Assembly: GCA_963674945.2 (NCBI GenBank)
Contig: CAXXWQ010000003.1
Span: forward strand, 480,001-544,000
Source of the DNA: an uncultured Desulfosarcina sp.
GTDB taxonomy: Bacteria > Desulfobacterota > Desulfobacteria > Desulfobacterales > Desulfosarcinaceae
Reading direction: 5' to 3'
DNA: 64,000 nt
The notes below the pieces were generated by a model. That model saw only the letters and a program-made list of their open reading frames with translations. It ran no database searches and was not told the DNA's origin. This document shows, piece after piece, positions 1 through 9,665 of this stretch; the first letter of the stretch is position 1, and each line of letters begins with the position of its first letter. The position numbers and the translations under genes were made by a program.

Positions 1-384
1 TGCATTGGCCAGCGCAAGATAAAGCGTCCCCACGGCCAATTCCGCACAGTGAAAATGATCTTCGGGTAGCGTTTCCAAAAAAGCTGCCACGGCCTCGGGC
101 GAGATTTCCCACGCGGCATCCATTGATTTTCCCACCACCAAAGAAACGATCGCATTACAACAGGCATTGGTGTTGAGGCATCCATCGATATCGTAGGAGA
201 GGTTTTGAATCATATCACCTTCCAGGGTCAGGAAGAATTCCACTGTGTCGCCGCAGTCGCCTGTTTTTTTTCCATGACCGTCTGCCTTCGCCAGTCGTTC
301 CCTGTGATCGGTGCGAAAGGCCATTTCCAGAAAAACCAGGGAGTGGTCCTGCCATAAATCCGAGGTTTCCTTCGTACTGTTCAT
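1..384 (-). CDS. NifU/IscU-like iron-sulfur scaffold family protein (runs off the window edge)
   Basis: Hand translation from ATG at 384 (GGAGG RBS): MNSTKETSDLWQDHSLVFLEMAF...TGDCGDTVEFFL...IDGCLNTNACCNA...EDHFHCAELAVGTL. It has the CGD, GC and HCA motifs of NifU_N proteins. Absent from the ORF track because it is truncated. Confidence 0.8.
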   Translation of the reverse strand, partial: MNSTKETSDLWQDHSLVFLEMAFRTDHRERLAKADGHGKKTGDCGDTVEFFLTLEGDMIQNLSYDIDGCLNTNACCNAIVSLVVGKSMDAAWEISPEAVAAFLETLPEDHFHCAELAVGTLYLALANA

Positions 385-588
385 CCGGTTCCGCCTCCTT
401 GTAAACACAAACGGTCGCCGATCATAAAAGTCGTGATCGCCTTTGTCAACCGGCATGCCGTGGATACGGCAGATCTCGACCAATTTTTCCTATTTCTGGA
501 CGAACACCATCCAATTGTGATAGTTTGCCCGAGCAAAAAATCTGCCGGCTGGGCACCAAACACAAGGGATCGATCCTCCAAATGGAAT

Positions 589-1110
589 ATGCTGGATATG
601 AAAACAGTCGCTATTATCGCCAATGCAGCACAACTGGCCATCATCCTGACAATTTTCTTCGTCCGGGGATTTGAAATGGATTTTTGGGCAATCGTTCTTC
701 TGGCTCTGCTGATCATCGTACCCGCCATTAGCTTCCTGGCCTTTTGTTTCGCCAGGCAATCAGTGTTGAAGGCAGATGTAACCGGCGACAACGATGGAGC
801 GCCGATAAAGCGATCGGCCATTCGCGTCCGGTATCCCCACGGCCGCGGCGCCGTCCTGGCAATCGGCGATGCCGCCCTTTCCGTGATCGATCTTTCCGAA
901 TTCGGCGTGCGGGCACTGGCGGGCCGCAAAACCCCCTTTACCGAATCGGAGACGGGGACGATCCGATTGAAAAGCGGAGCGAAAATCGCGTTTCGAGGAA
1001 CCGTGATGCGAAGAAATGATGCGGAAGTGGTATTCCAGTTTTCCGATCCCATTGGCACAGCCGTCATCTTGGAAGAGAACAAGGCAATAAAGGATACGAT
1101 CCATGAATGA
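589..1110 (+). CDS. membrane-anchored PilZ-domain protein
   Basis: Two N-terminal hydrophobic helices, then RSAIR (RxxxR) and DLSEFG (DxSxxG) PilZ motifs. Start moved from 433 to ATG 589 (598 also possible). Confidence 0.7.
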   Translation: MLDMKTVAIIANAAQLAIILTIFFVRGFEMDFWAIVLLALLIIVPAISFLAFCFARQSVLKADVTGDNDGAPIKRSAIRVRYPHGRGAVLAIGDAALSVIDLSEFGVRALAGRKTPFTESETGTIRLKSGAKIAFRGTVMRRNDAEVVFQFSDPIGTAVILEENKAIKDTIHE

Positions 1111-1777
1111 ACGACCAGATAAAACAAACGGCAACCGGCCTCTTTTTCGAATCCTCGCTTTCCAGCAAGGTGGCCGGGCCGAAAGCAAAGTCAGGGGAAT
1201 CGGCCAATATGGGCAAGAGCGCTTTACCATCTCCCTGATTACCATCGACCAGCCCCTTCCCGAAGTGGTGGACGACACTTCTGAGTATTTGCCCGACTGC
1301 ATCGACGCGGATCTGGTACTCGACTTTCTCAAACACCCCGACCTCTCCCACGATCTGGCCCTGTTATGCCGGCGGCACGACATTCCCATCGTGGCATCGG
1401 GGAAAAAGACAACCGTGGCGGGAACCCACACGCCGCCGGTGTGTTGCGCATTGGCCCGCCACCGGGAACTCGGACCCTATGGCAAACGATTCGGTGCACC
1501 GGAATTCGACGTAACGGTCAAATCAGGCAAAATCGAAACGGTTTCGGTGCGGCGCGGCGCCCCTTGCGGTGCGACATGGGAAGCGGCCCGACGCATTGTG
1601 GGATACGCCATCGAAGAGGCTCCGGTTCGCTTGGGTTTGGACACCCAATTTTTCTGTACAGCCGATCCGTCCAATTGGGATCCCATCTGGGGGAAAAGCC
1701 CGGTCCACCTCGCCGCCGATCTGCACAGGGCCGCATTCACAGCGGCGCTGAAGAAGGCGTTAAAGGAAGATAGATAG
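1103..1777 (+). CDS. DUF166-family protein
   Basis: HPDL, PPVCCAL, FGAPEF, RGAPCGATW, CTADPS and SPVHLAA motifs resemble DUF166. Overlaps the PilZ stop codon. Confidence 0.65.
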   Translation: MNERPDKTNGNRPLFRILAFQQGGRAESKVRGIGQYGQERFTISLITIDQPLPEVVDDTSEYLPDCIDADLVLDFLKHPDLSHDLALLCRRHDIPIVASGKKTTVAGTHTPPVCCALARHRELGPYGKRFGAPEFDVTVKSGKIETVSVRRGAPCGATWEAARRIVGYAIEEAPVRLGLDTQFFCTADPSNWDPIWGKSPVHLAADLHRAAFTAALKKALKEDR

Positions 1778-1831
1778 AGGGCAAACTGCGCGGGAGCGTC
1801 AAATGACGTATCCGCGCCAAAGAATGGAAAA

Positions 1832-2008
1832 TCAGGGGAAACGAGGGTGTACACGCCGATCCTGTCCGCAGCGGCGGTCTTTTTCCGCCACTCTGCGCTC
1901 CGGGATGTAGTTGTTGTATGTGTAAATTCGTCTCTCTTTTCCGAAACGTCTTCCTCCATTGTCGATGAGTACCCATTTCTTCGAATTCGCAACTTCAGCG
2001 GTGTACAT
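1832..2008 (-). CDS. 58-aa Arg-rich microprotein with repeated (D/E)RR motifs
   Basis: Hand translation: MYTAEVANSKKWVLIDNGGRRFGKERRIYTYNNYIPERRVAEKDRRCGQDRRVHPRFP*. AAGGA lies upstream of the ATG. Below the ORF-track size cutoff. Confidence 0.65.
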   Translation of the reverse strand: MYTAEVANSKKWVLIDNGGRRFGKERRIYTYNNYIPERRVAEKDRRCGQDRRVHPRFP

Positions 2009-2236
2009 TCGGAATCCTTACTTTTTGGGCAGGACACGGGCCTGATTTCTTTTTTATGGCGCCACCCGCACCCAATTTGTTGAACGTTGACATCGTTATC
2101 GTCCATTTAGCAATATATATACCGAGAAACGAGAAATTCGTTTGTTCTTTCTAAATCAGGGAGTTATTCATCCTCCTTCAAAATAGAAAATCAAAAAGGG
2201 AGAAAGTCACGACACAATTCTTAGGAACATTTTTGC

Positions 2237-4162
2237 TCAATTGTACTTTTTTTCCACTACACCGTGTTTTTTTCCATCGCCTCTCCCCCTCCTTCCGCGG
2301 TGAGCCAAGGAAGAGGGGGGGGGGTCACGGCGCCCCCTTTTTCTTCGTCCCTTCCCCCCTTCGGACGATTTCGACTTTGTGACCATGGCCGCCCCTGCAA
2401 ACCGGCCCGAAAGGTGGTTCGCGTGAAGCGCCGTAAGTGCCTTGCGGATCAGTGGCGCACTGGACGGATTGCGATACTGAATCAATGCCCGCTGCATCTT
2501 TCTCTCGCGAAATGACCTGGCCACGTAGAGGGGCGCACCGGTAAACGGGTGCGACCCCGTGTGGTACATGGCACCGGACATCGTCATGGGCAGGGGGATA
2601 AAATCTTGCACCTGTTCGGGATGAATGCCGTGGTCGATCAGGTATAAGGCCAACTGTAGGGCATCTTTCAGGGTCGATCCGGGATGAGCGCTGATGAAGT
2701 AGTTCACCAGGTAGCACCTGGACGGCAGTTTTGCGTTGATGCGATCGAACCGGTTGACAAAGGCTTCGTAAACGGATCGATGGGGCTTTCCCATGGCATC
2801 GAGCACACCGTCGGAGACATGCTCGGGTGCCACCTTCATCTGTCCGCTGACGTGGTATCGACAAAGCTCTTCCAGCGATGCATCCGTACCCGTGTCGAAT
2901 AGATCGTAACGAAATCCGCTTTGCACGAAGGCGTGCTTCACCTTTTCCATATTCCGGATGCGCCGATACAGGTCCAAGCTTTTTTGTTCTCCGGAATCGA
3001 GGTGGGGACAGGTCTTCGGCACCATGCACCTTCGGTCCGGACAAAAGCCCTTTTTCCTCCAACGCGGACAATCGGCGCCGTAAAGATTGGCCGTCGGGCC
3101 GCCCATGTCCGTAATGGTGCCGTGAAAATCCGGATCTTGAACCAATCGACGAACCTCGCGCGCGATCGAGTCGGCGCTGCGACTTTGCACCATACGCCCC
3201 TGGTGGAAATAGAGGCTGCAGAAATTACACTCCCCCGTACAACCCCGATGGGTGATCAGGGAATGGCGAACCGTCTCCAGTCCCGGAACACCGCCACGCT
3301 GCTCGTATACAGGATGCCAGCGGCGTGTGTAGCCATATTCATAAAACGCATCCAATTCGATACTGGAAAGGGGGCCGGGCGGCGGATAGAGAACGGCAAC
3401 GCGATCGCCGTGGGCCTGCACCACGATCTGCGCCGTCATGGGATTTTGTTCCGCATAATATCTTTGAAAGGCCAGGTTGAATTTTTCGTGGCTGTCGGCC
3501 ACCGCTTCGAAGGATGGCAGCTCGATGAACGCTGACAATCCAGCAGTATCCTTACGAATGACACCTGTTCCCGGAACCGGGCCCAAGGAGTCCAAGGGCA
3601 GGCCGCCTTCGAGATGGCGTGCGACGGTTACCACCTGCCGTTCCCCCATGCCGTATACGAGGATGTCGGCCCGGGCATCGAAGAGGATACTCCTTCGAAC
3701 CCGGTTCTCCCAGTAATCGTAATGGGCCAGACGGCGCATGCTGGCCTCGATGCCGCCGATCACGATGGAGACGTCCTTGAATGCCTGCCGAACCCGGTTG
3801 GCATATACGATAAGGGACCGGTCGGGCCGCAGGCCGACGCGGCCCCCCGGTGATAGGGTGTCGGATTTGCGGGGCCGTTTGTTTGCCGTATAGTTAGCCA
3901 CCATGGAATCCACATTTCCCGACGTAATTCCAAAAAAGAGCCGGGGTCGACCCAAGCGGGTAAAGTCGTCGATCCTGCGCCAATCGGGCTGGGCGATGAT
4001 CCCCACCCGAAAGCCGGCGGCTTCCAGTACCCGGCCGATCACCGCGGCCCCATAGGCCGGATGATCCACATAGGCATCACCGGTGATGAGAATCACGTCT
4101 AGCCGGTCCCATCCACGTCGCCGCATGTCTTCTTTAGATATTGGCAAGAAGTCGGATTTCAT
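2237..4162 (-). CDS. ygiQ: YgiQ-family (UPF0313) radical SAM protein
   Basis: GDAYVDHP, GNVDSMVANYT, RGCTGECNFC (CxxxCxxC), DMGGPTANLY, APEH and YFISAHPG motifs. Confidence 0.9.
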   Translation of the reverse strand: MKSDFLPISKEDMRRRGWDRLDVILITGDAYVDHPAYGAAVIGRVLEAAGFRVGIIAQPDWRRIDDFTRLGRPRLFFGITSGNVDSMVANYTANKRPRKSDTLSPGGRVGLRPDRSLIVYANRVRQAFKDVSIVIGGIEASMRRLAHYDYWENRVRRSILFDARADILVYGMGERQVVTVARHLEGGLPLDSLGPVPGTGVIRKDTAGLSAFIELPSFEAVADSHEKFNLAFQRYYAEQNPMTAQIVVQAHGDRVAVLYPPPGPLSSIELDAFYEYGYTRRWHPVYEQRGGVPGLETVRHSLITHRGCTGECNFCSLYFHQGRMVQSRSADSIAREVRRLVQDPDFHGTITDMGGPTANLYGADCPRWRKKGFCPDRRCMVPKTCPHLDSGEQKSLDLYRRIRNMEKVKHAFVQSGFRYDLFDTGTDASLEELCRYHVSGQMKVAPEHVSDGVLDAMGKPHRSVYEAFVNRFDRINAKLPSRCYLVNYFISAHPGSTLKDALQLALYLIDHGIHPEQVQDFIPLPMTMSGAMYHTGSHPFTGAPLYVARSFRERKMQRALIQYRNPSSAPLIRKALTALHANHLSGRFAGAAMVTKSKSSEGGKGRRKRGRRDPPPSSLAHRGRRGRGDGKKHGVVEKKYN

Positions 4163-4180
4163 ATTAGGCCATAATCATAT

Positions 4181-4282
4181 AGTGTTAAGTGGTTACATGT
4201 TAAGTTTTAAGTCAATGTATTCTATCGATCAGAATTGATTTTTATCCTTCCCTTAACACTTAACACGTAAAACTTAAAACTT
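4181..4282. repeat. inverted pair of 7-nt tandem-repeat arms (TTAACAC/TAAAACT type)
   Basis: Left arm agtgttaagtggttacatgttaagttttaagt (4181-4212) is close to the reverse complement of right arm cttaacacttaacacgtaaaacttaaaactt (4252-4282). Confidence 0.7.
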
Positions 4283-4363
4283 TTCCGTACGTTGTATCAA
4301 AACCCCTTGAGACACCCTATGCAATGGTGTAACTATTGCCATCAAAAAGTTGAGGAGGTATTC

Positions 4364-5188
4364 GTGGCGATCTACTACATAGATGGTGAATTCATTGAGG
4401 CGGAAAAGGCGGTCATTCCCGTGGACGACCTGGCAATACTGCGGGGCATTGGCGTCTTCGATCTTCTTCGCACCTACGACGGCGAGCCCTACTTTTTGGA
4501 CGCCCACATCGATCGGCTGGTGAATTCGGCCAGAAAGATCGGCATCGACCTGCCCTGGTCCCACGATCAGATCTCCCAGGTGGTAAAACAGACCCTGACC
4601 CAAAACCACATCCCCGAGGCCAATATCCGTATCGTGGTCACCGGTGGCTCCAGCACCGATTTCATGACCCCCTCGGGACCGCCCCGCCTTCTGGTAATGG
4701 TGACGCCGCTGCCCCGCCTTCCATCGCACTGGTACACGAAGGGGGTAAAAATCATCTCCATGGAGGTGGAGCGACCCATTCCCGGTGCCAAGAGCATCAA
4801 CTACATCTCGGCCAGCCTGGCACTAAATAAAGCCGCCGCCGAAGGCGCCATCGAGGCACTCTACATCGATCGAAACGGCCTGGCCTTAGAGTGCACCACC
4901 GCCAATATCTTTGCCTTTATCGGGAATAAACTGGTCACACCGGGCCGGGGGATCCTGTCCGGCGTGACCCGAAAGGTAATGCTGGAACTGGCCGAAGACC
5001 TCTTTCCCATCGACATCCGGGATATCTCGAAAACCGAGCTTTTGGGGGCGGACGAGGTTTTCATTACCGGAACCAGCAAGGGTGTCGTGCCGGTGGTACA
5101 GGTGGATGACCGAATCATCGGAGACGGCCTTCCCGGACGAAATACAAAGCGATTGATGAAAGAAATGAAGCATCATACGAAGCATTGA
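4364..5188 (+). CDS. class IV PLP aminotransferase (branched-chain or D-amino-acid aminotransferase family)
   Basis: GTG after a GAGGAGG RBS; RGIGVFDLLRTY, HIDRL, KSINY, ECTTANIF, ILSGVTR and ADEVFITGT motifs. Confidence 0.9.
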   Translation: MAIYYIDGEFIEAEKAVIPVDDLAILRGIGVFDLLRTYDGEPYFLDAHIDRLVNSARKIGIDLPWSHDQISQVVKQTLTQNHIPEANIRIVVTGGSSTDFMTPSGPPRLLVMVTPLPRLPSHWYTKGVKIISMEVERPIPGAKSINYISASLALNKAAAEGAIEALYIDRNGLALECTTANIFAFIGNKLVTPGRGILSGVTRKVMLELAEDLFPIDIRDISKTELLGADEVFITGTSKGVVPVVQVDDRIIGDGLPGRNTKRLMKEMKHHTKH

Positions 5189-5209
5189 CAACTTCGATTC
5201 CTCTCCGAA

Positions 5210-5509
5210 TCAAGGACGGGTAGCAACGGGCCGGCCGTCAACGGTCAGAACCGGCAGATCTTCGCCGGTGTCGATCAGCGCAACGCCGGTGGCGCTGTTT
5301 CCCGAAAGATCCTCGTGACGGGTTCGAAGATACGAAAAATCGAATTCGGCCAGGGCCGCCTGAAGCAGTTCCAGTTCTCTCTCCAGCTTTGCTCGTTCTC
5401 CCTTTGCTTTGAAATAGTCCGACAGGGTGGAATTGAAGCGCCGCTTCACTTCTGTTTCGATACAGTGTCGGCTGAGATCCAAGGGGATACGGACCATTTG
5501 GATTACCAT
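5210..5509 (-). CDS. hypothetical protein, third gene of the dynamin-like operon
   Basis: 99 aa with GAAGGA upstream; starts 16 nt after the GTPase stop; helical/coiled segment. Confidence 0.65.
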   Translation of the reverse strand: MVIQMVRIPLDLSRHCIETEVKRRFNSTLSDYFKAKGERAKLERELELLQAALAEFDFSYLRTRHEDLSGNSATGVALIDTGEDLPVLTVDGRPVATRP

Positions 5510-5525
5510 CCTTCAAGCGGATTTC

Positions 5526-7286
5526 TCAGCGCCCCAGTTCCAGAACCGTCTTCACCTGTTGCCACACCGGACTGTCGGACAGATTGTGCTGGTGGTCCAC
5601 CGCCTTTTGGACGCGACCGAAGACACGTTCGATCAGGCGCCCTTTCCCCGCCGCCATGCGCACCACTCCCTGCAAAAGAAAAAAGCTGAGCAGCAGAATC
5701 AGAAGTATGGTCCAGAAGGCGTGGAGGAAAAAGTCACCGGAAAGAATCGTGCCGGAGAAAAACTTGGTGGCGGTCAGCCATGCCGAATAGCCCAAAACGA
5801 CTAATACGGGAAGGTTGAAGAGAAGTTGGAGGAAACCGTTGCTCAACCTGCGGGCGACCCTTGTCAACTCCGATTCCAGTGCATCGTTCCAGATCTGGTA
5901 AAGATGTGCACCGATTTTCTCCTTTTGCCCCAAAACTCGGTCGTCGCCGCGTGTAGCGGCGGAAAACCGGGCCCGAACCAGGGTCTCGGCGATATCGGGC
6001 CACCTGCGGGAAATGGCGCTATCGTATCGATAAAGGGCCATATCCGCACCCTCCCCTCCATCCGCGGCCGCAACCGCTTTTTTGGATTCGGAAAATTGAC
6101 GGAGGACGGACACGGCACCGAAAATCTGATGAAATGGATTGCCGAACCGAAACAGGGAAGCCAGACCGGTGCCGAAAACCAGAATGCGGCTCCATATGGC
6201 CACCATCCAACCGACGGGTCCCAGCCATCGTTGGGCAAGCTGCTGGTAAAGACGGACATTGAGGCCGGATGCCAGTGCATCGCCATCGGTACGAAATGTG
6301 GCTACTGCCTGCCCCAGGGCCACAGACTCGGTCTCCTCCATCTGTGTCAGGGCCGATTCCAGCAATGTACGCTCTTTTCCCGCTTCCTGGGAAATGGTTT
6401 GCGTAAGATGCGCGGCGAGATTACGCGCGTTTTCAAGCCGTCGATCCACGGAGTAGCCTGATCGGTTAAAGGTCTTTTCGATCAGGGTGCGAAGCTGTTC
6501 GAACTGGTTTCGGTCATGTTTGGGCATGGCGGTTTCCGCCCAGGACGGATCATGGAGTCGGCTTCGGGCGGAAACGCACAGCACTGCGGCGGGCTTTGCG
6601 GACCATGCCTCTTTGATGTACCGGTCGAATTCGGGCATGATGGTCTCTGTCAGCTCGGATACCTCCAATCGATCGCACTTGTTGACCACGACCACCAGAC
6701 TGGCACCGGAAAACAGTCGTACGTAAGGCGCCAGGAAATCGGTATGGTCCCGACGTTTGGGATTCTCCCCGTCGAATACACAGATCAGGACATCCGACAG
6801 GCCGATGGCCTGGTGGATGATGGGAATGTGCCTCTCTTTTCGAGTGCTATCCGTATCCGGAGTGTCGATGAGGATGACGTTCTCCAGTCGGTCTGCCGCC
6901 TCACTGGCATGAATCCGAATATTCTCTCCCCCCAACTTCTCCACCAACTGGTCTGCATCCGCACGTTCCCGACAAAAGGCGACCACATGTTCGGTGGTGG
7001 GCCGTCGATGGCCGGCGGGAGACAGGTCGTCCTGGCCGGCCAGGGCGTTGAGCAGTGTGGACTTTCCCGAGCCGCTGGGACCGACTAGGGTGACCACCAG
7101 TTTCCTGTCGAACCTTTCGGCCAGTCGATCCAGCATCGCCAGGGCCGCATGGCAGCTCTTTTGAAGCCCGGACGCTGGACGCCACAAATCCAATCCGGCC
7201 AGCATCTTTGCGAGGCCTTGAATATCCGTTCGTACGGTTTCCAGTTCGGCCATGGCCCGAAGGCGGGTAATCTGTGAGTCCATCAT
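5526..7286 (-). CDS. dynamin-like / large P-loop GTPase with C-terminal membrane segments
   Basis: G1 GPSGSGKST, G2 RRPTT, G3 DTPD, G4 NKCD; long helical stalk; hydrophobic hairpins near the C-terminus. Confidence 0.8.
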   Translation of the reverse strand: MMDSQITRLRAMAELETVRTDIQGLAKMLAGLDLWRPASGLQKSCHAALAMLDRLAERFDRKLVVTLVGPSGSGKSTLLNALAGQDDLSPAGHRRPTTEHVVAFCRERADADQLVEKLGGENIRIHASEAADRLENVILIDTPDTDSTRKERHIPIIHQAIGLSDVLICVFDGENPKRRDHTDFLAPYVRLFSGASLVVVVNKCDRLEVSELTETIMPEFDRYIKEAWSAKPAAVLCVSARSRLHDPSWAETAMPKHDRNQFEQLRTLIEKTFNRSGYSVDRRLENARNLAAHLTQTISQEAGKERTLLESALTQMEETESVALGQAVATFRTDGDALASGLNVRLYQQLAQRWLGPVGWMVAIWSRILVFGTGLASLFRFGNPFHQIFGAVSVLRQFSESKKAVAAADGGEGADMALYRYDSAISRRWPDIAETLVRARFSAATRGDDRVLGQKEKIGAHLYQIWNDALESELTRVARRLSNGFLQLLFNLPVLVVLGYSAWLTATKFFSGTILSGDFFLHAFWTILLILLLSFFLLQGVVRMAAGKGRLIERVFGRVQKAVDHQHNLSDSPVWQQVKTVLELGR

Positions 7287-9244
7287 CCTCTCTTTTCCAA
7301 AATGCGGTCGAGTCCTGCCAGCGTCTCATCCATGGCCGCGATTCGGCCATCGGCCTCTTTGACGAGGTTACCGCCAAAGTCCAATAGGGGGGCGGTGATG
7401 GTATCGTGGAACATGGTGTCGATGGCCTTTAATTTGTGTGTCAGCCATGCCCGGGCCACGGGCGCCAAAAGCGCCTCCAGTTGTCTCACATCTGCTTTCT
7501 TCATCCCGGCCGTGGCGGGTATGGCAACAAGGGCGTACAGATCGTTGAGACCGAAAAGCCCTGCCAGCTTTACTTTGATGCCCGTTGCCCCCACGGGGTC
7601 ACCGGTATGCAGAACGTACGTAACGGCTGCCGTGGCGGGGATGATATTGAGCATGGCGGAGAAGGTCTGCCGAATCTGGTCAAAGGTGGTCATCCGGGCG
7701 CGCTGTTCGTCCACCAGTCGTTTAAGTTCGTTTTCCAGTTGAAGGGTAAGGTCCAGGGCTTGATCCCGATTCGCCATCATCTGTTCGATGGTCGCCTCCC
7801 AATTCAACGATTGAACACGTTTCCGGGCGTCCGAGAGGGCCGGATGCGCGGGAACGGTCAATTCAATCATCCCCGATTCGGTCCTTCGCTCCGAGACGCC
7901 GGGCAAGCCGGAAAGTCGCCGGACCGATGTGCAAAGGGAATCGATACCGGGAGTGGCAGTCGATAGCCGGACAGTAATTGTCTGGTCCACCGCCGCACGG
8001 CGCAAACGGTTGGCTGCCCGGACGAAATCGGCCTCCATGGTCGCCGCCATTTTTCCGCCGGACGGATCCTTCGCCCGCCCCTTGCCTTTTCCGCCGACCC
8101 ACCTTCCCACACCCATCAACAATCGGACCGGTGTTTCCACCACCCGTCCGGTGGTCCGCATGATCTTTACATGGGAGGGGTCCGCCTCCTGCCAAATCTC
8201 TGAAAACCGACGGATCACCGCATCCATGGGCAGGTGCCCCAGCGCATCCTGCACGCATTTTTTTTGCATGGCATCCAAAAGGTCGAGGTAGGTGGCAAGA
8301 TGGTCCTTCGATGCCCGCGCCGATTGGACGAACCCATGGCCTTTTTCAATCACGTCGGCAAAAACCGAACGATGGAGTTCGCCGCGAAGCTTTCGCGGGT
8401 CGATTTGTTCCAGCGCCTCCAAAAGACCGGGCTGTGCCCCATCGACCGGTGTGATGGCCATGGACTTTTGACCGGCCGCCACACGGTTGTCCTCATCGGC
8501 ACGAAATATTCCCAGTACGTGCCTGTCGGTGTCTTCCCCGTAAAGGTTTCGGGCTACCGTCTGGGCATGGGACCGGACCTCCGCGGCGGTAAAACTGGGA
8601 TACACCCGGTAGACCAGCATGCATTTTCGAATCCCTACGGTGGTGAGCATGCGGGCGATGAAATCGGTGTTGTCCCGATTGTTGTAGTTCGCGTTGGTAA
8701 AGATGTAGATGAACACGTCGGCTGCATGCAAAGCTCGCTCTGCCATGTCGCGGTTCTGATAGCTGCCCTTGGACCCGGTATCGAAATCCGGCGTATCCAT
8801 CAGGGCCAGACCCGCCGGTAACGCCGTGCTGTAGGAAAGAAGCGGATCGCCGACGGTGGTCAACTGATCCATGTGGGCCATCTCTTTCGGAGGGTACCCC
8901 AGGGGCTCGAAAAGCACTTCGGCGATTTGTGGCGTATGGCGGTAACTGGCACGGATGGAAACGAGAAGTCGCCGGTTGATACCGGCCCTGCCGCCCGTGG
9001 GCGAAATAGCATGACCGACGAGGGCGTTGAACAGTGTTGACTTGCCCGAGGAGCCACCGCCACAAATGGCCACCGCCAGGGGAAACGATGCCATGAGGCG
9101 GGGAATCAGGCGCGCGTCCACCGCCGCCGTCCACTCCCGGATATCCGGTTGCAGTGCCGGCATCAACCCGTCGACCAGGGCGCCCGTCTCTTTTTTCAGA
9201 GACCTGAGCCCGTCAATGGTCTCTTCACTGTACAATGGGTCCAA
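7283..9244 (-). CDS. dynamin-like GTPase with degenerate G2/G4 motifs
   Basis: G1 GGGSSGKST and G3 DTPDFD are present. The expected G2 reads AGIN and the expected G4 reads YRVY. ATGA overlap with the downstream GTPase; GGAGG RBS. Confidence 0.75.
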   Translation of the reverse strand: MDPLYSEETIDGLRSLKKETGALVDGLMPALQPDIREWTAAVDARLIPRLMASFPLAVAICGGGSSGKSTLFNALVGHAISPTGGRAGINRRLLVSIRASYRHTPQIAEVLFEPLGYPPKEMAHMDQLTTVGDPLLSYSTALPAGLALMDTPDFDTGSKGSYQNRDMAERALHAADVFIYIFTNANYNNRDNTDFIARMLTTVGIRKCMLVYRVYPSFTAAEVRSHAQTVARNLYGEDTDRHVLGIFRADEDNRVAAGQKSMAITPVDGAQPGLLEALEQIDPRKLRGELHRSVFADVIEKGHGFVQSARASKDHLATYLDLLDAMQKKCVQDALGHLPMDAVIRRFSEIWQEADPSHVKIMRTTGRVVETPVRLLMGVGRWVGGKGKGRAKDPSGGKMAATMEADFVRAANRLRRAAVDQTITVRLSTATPGIDSLCTSVRRLSGLPGVSERRTESGMIELTVPAHPALSDARKRVQSLNWEATIEQMMANRDQALDLTLQLENELKRLVDEQRARMTTFDQIRQTFSAMLNIIPATAAVTYVLHTGDPVGATGIKVKLAGLFGLNDLYALVAIPATAGMKKADVRQLEALLAPVARAWLTHKLKAIDTMFHDTITAPLLDFGGNLVKEADGRIAAMDETLAGLDRILEKRG

Positions 9245-9337
9245 AGCTACAAAGGCCTCCTCTCATGACCAGGGAAATCCACATGGTGTATGGTTTGATG
9301 AAACCCCTTCGAAGGGGGAAAGAAAAATTATACCGCT

Positions 9338-9499
9338 AAACGTTGAACACCGAACGTCCAACATCGAATAAGGAATTCTGCCGTTTTTTGATAAAATCGC
9401 ACCTCGCGGATGGAGACTAATGATATATCGATTTCTTTATCAAACGACGGAGCGAAGCGATCTTCTCATTCAGCGTTGGACGTTCAATGTTCAATGTTT
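9338..9499. mobile_element. MITE-like element with ~32-bp terminal inverted repeats built from 7-nt units
   Basis: aaacgttgaacaccgaacgtccaacatcgaat (9338-9369) versus attcagcgttggacgttcaatgttcaatgttt (9468-9499). No transposase inside. Confidence 0.6.
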
Positions 9500-9595
9500 A
9501 CAAACTTCTTTATCATCCAATGTCTCGCCGGATAGGTCCCGACCTCTTCGTTTCGCTCGGTCACATCCCTGGGTGTTAATAAACTGCACATATCA

Positions 9596-9623
9596 TTGAC
9601 AAGGCGCTATTTGTTGCCATCTT
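9596..9623 (+). promoter_or_regulatory. putative sigma70 promoter for the small Cys-rich gene
   Basis: TTGACA-N16-CATCTT with a TG extended -10 element. Confidence 0.4.
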
Positions 9624-9665
9624 ACCCAATATGCCATTTCCTTCATTTTTTCTCGGAGGCAAGCC

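Noticed and set aside
1477..2106. 209-aa minus-strand ORF
   Set aside because: It overlaps DUF166 antisense and has no recognisable motifs. A different frame (1832-2008) gives a more protein-like product with an RBS.
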